Of a stretch of 32,000 nucleotides of DNA, positions 31,186 to 32,000 are shown piece after piece. The stretch lies in NCBI RefSeq assembly GCF_000400465.1, contig NW_008806300.1:1-32000 (forward strand). The letters are read 5' to 3'. How positions within the stretch are numbered: position 1 is the stretch's first letter; each line of letters opens with the position of its first letter. The notes under the pieces were generated by a model. The model saw nothing but the letters and a program-made list of their open reading frames with translations. It did not search any database and had not been told where the DNA came from. The DNA comes from Wallemia ichthyophaga EXF-994. Its lineage: Eukaryota > Fungi > Basidiomycota. Both the position numbers and the translations under genes were made by a program.

Positions 31186-31320
31186 ATTTAATTTAAATAA
31201 AACCAATAAATCAGTATATAAAATAAATTAATATATTAATATTATGGATTTTTATTATTTTTAGTATTTTTATTATTTTTAGTATTTTTTAGTTTATTAT
31301 TTTAAAGTTTTTTATTCATT

Positions 31321-31393
31321 GTGCGAGTAATGGATTCGAACCAAATTCCAACAAGTCATGAGCTTATTATGCTAACCATTACACCAACTCGCA
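31321..31393 (-). tRNA. trnM: tRNA-Met(CAU), duplicate
   Basis: Copy at offset 1929. Confidence 0.87.
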
Positions 31394-31435
31394 TTTAAAT
31401 AGTATAAAGCATATATTATATTGGCTTTATAATAA

Positions 31436-31506
31436 AATCACTTCCAGGATTCGAACCTGAATAGGGATCTTAGAAGGATCCTGCTTTACCCTTAAGCTAA
31501 AGTAAT
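31436..31506 (-). tRNA. trnR: tRNA-Arg(UCU), duplicate
   Basis: Copy at offset 1929. Confidence 0.9.
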
Positions 31507-31557
31507 TGCTACTTATAACTACTTATATTTTATTGTATATCTTTATTTTTATATAAT

Positions 31558-31630
31558 AGTCAGAGCAAGGAATTGAACCTTTTTCTACCAGATTTGCAAT
31601 CCGAAGGCTGAAACCATCAGCCGCCCTAAC
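31558..31630 (-). tRNA. trnC: tRNA-Cys(GCA), duplicate
   Basis: Copy at offset 1929. Confidence 0.88.
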
Positions 31631-31727
31631 CTTAATATACCAAAACAAATACTAATTATATTACCTTTAATTTACTATGAAGGGGTTTAATAATTTTATT
31701 AATAATAATATTTCTATGTTAAATCAA

Positions 31728-32000
31728 CTATGAAACTAGTAATAATAGTAAAAACAATAATCCTAATTTAATTCCTAAAATCATTGTACCATTTGATAGG
31801 TTTAATAAACCTACTCCTAATACTAAGAAAATAAGAATCATTAAGGCTAACATGATATATAATGAGTTTAATGTAATTCCTCCACTATTTGATAGTGCAT
31901 CAGTATCAGTTTCTTTTAATTGATTTTGACTGAATAATTTACCTGTATCGAATTTTGATAATTTATTTGACATAGATACTAGACTTACTGATAATCCATA
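31728..32000 (-). CDS. nad5: nad5 3' end, duplicate, cut by the window edge
   Basis: Copy of 29799-30071. Confidence 0.9.
   Translation of the reverse strand, partial: YGLSVSLVSMSNKLSKFDTGKLFSQNQLKETDTDALSNSGGITLNSLYIMLALMILIFLVLGVGLLNLSNGTMILGIKLGLLFLLLLLVS

Larger units (their letters stand above)
29077..32000. repeat. 1929-bp direct tandem duplication (29077-31005 restarts at 31006 and runs off the window)
   Basis: 31006-32000 matches 29077-30071. Confidence 0.95.

Overview
AT-rich fungal mitochondrial DNA. The proteins look basidiomycete-like, but that is an inference and no species is assigned. Genes: nad4, cob (6 exons, 5 group I introns), rns, cox2 (3 exons, 2 group I introns), nad1, atp6, nad2-nad3, nad6, the 3' part of nad5, and 16 distinct tRNA genes. 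The window is not a clean genome segment. It has at least six different rearrangement junctions: a fold-back plus re-entry in cob intron 1, a 1125-bp tandem duplication of rns, a nested inverted/tandem amplification of atp6-trnG-nad2, and a 1929-bp tandem duplication that truncates nad5. This is most simply an amplification or assembly chimera, less likely a real rearranged mtDNA. The best biological signal is a three-part cis-element grammar read directly from the sequence: (1) a TAWAGGTAA promoter-like nonamer before genes and tRNAs; (2) an A/T-tract-ACCCCTYC C-box 26-55 nt after nearly every stop codon and after rns; (3) a (G)TCGTCYATACAT 12/13-mer downstream of several transcription units. 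The C-box also sits inside four introns, right after their homing-endonuclease ORFs, which suggests the introns use the host mRNA 3'-end signal. All motif counts were made by eye.
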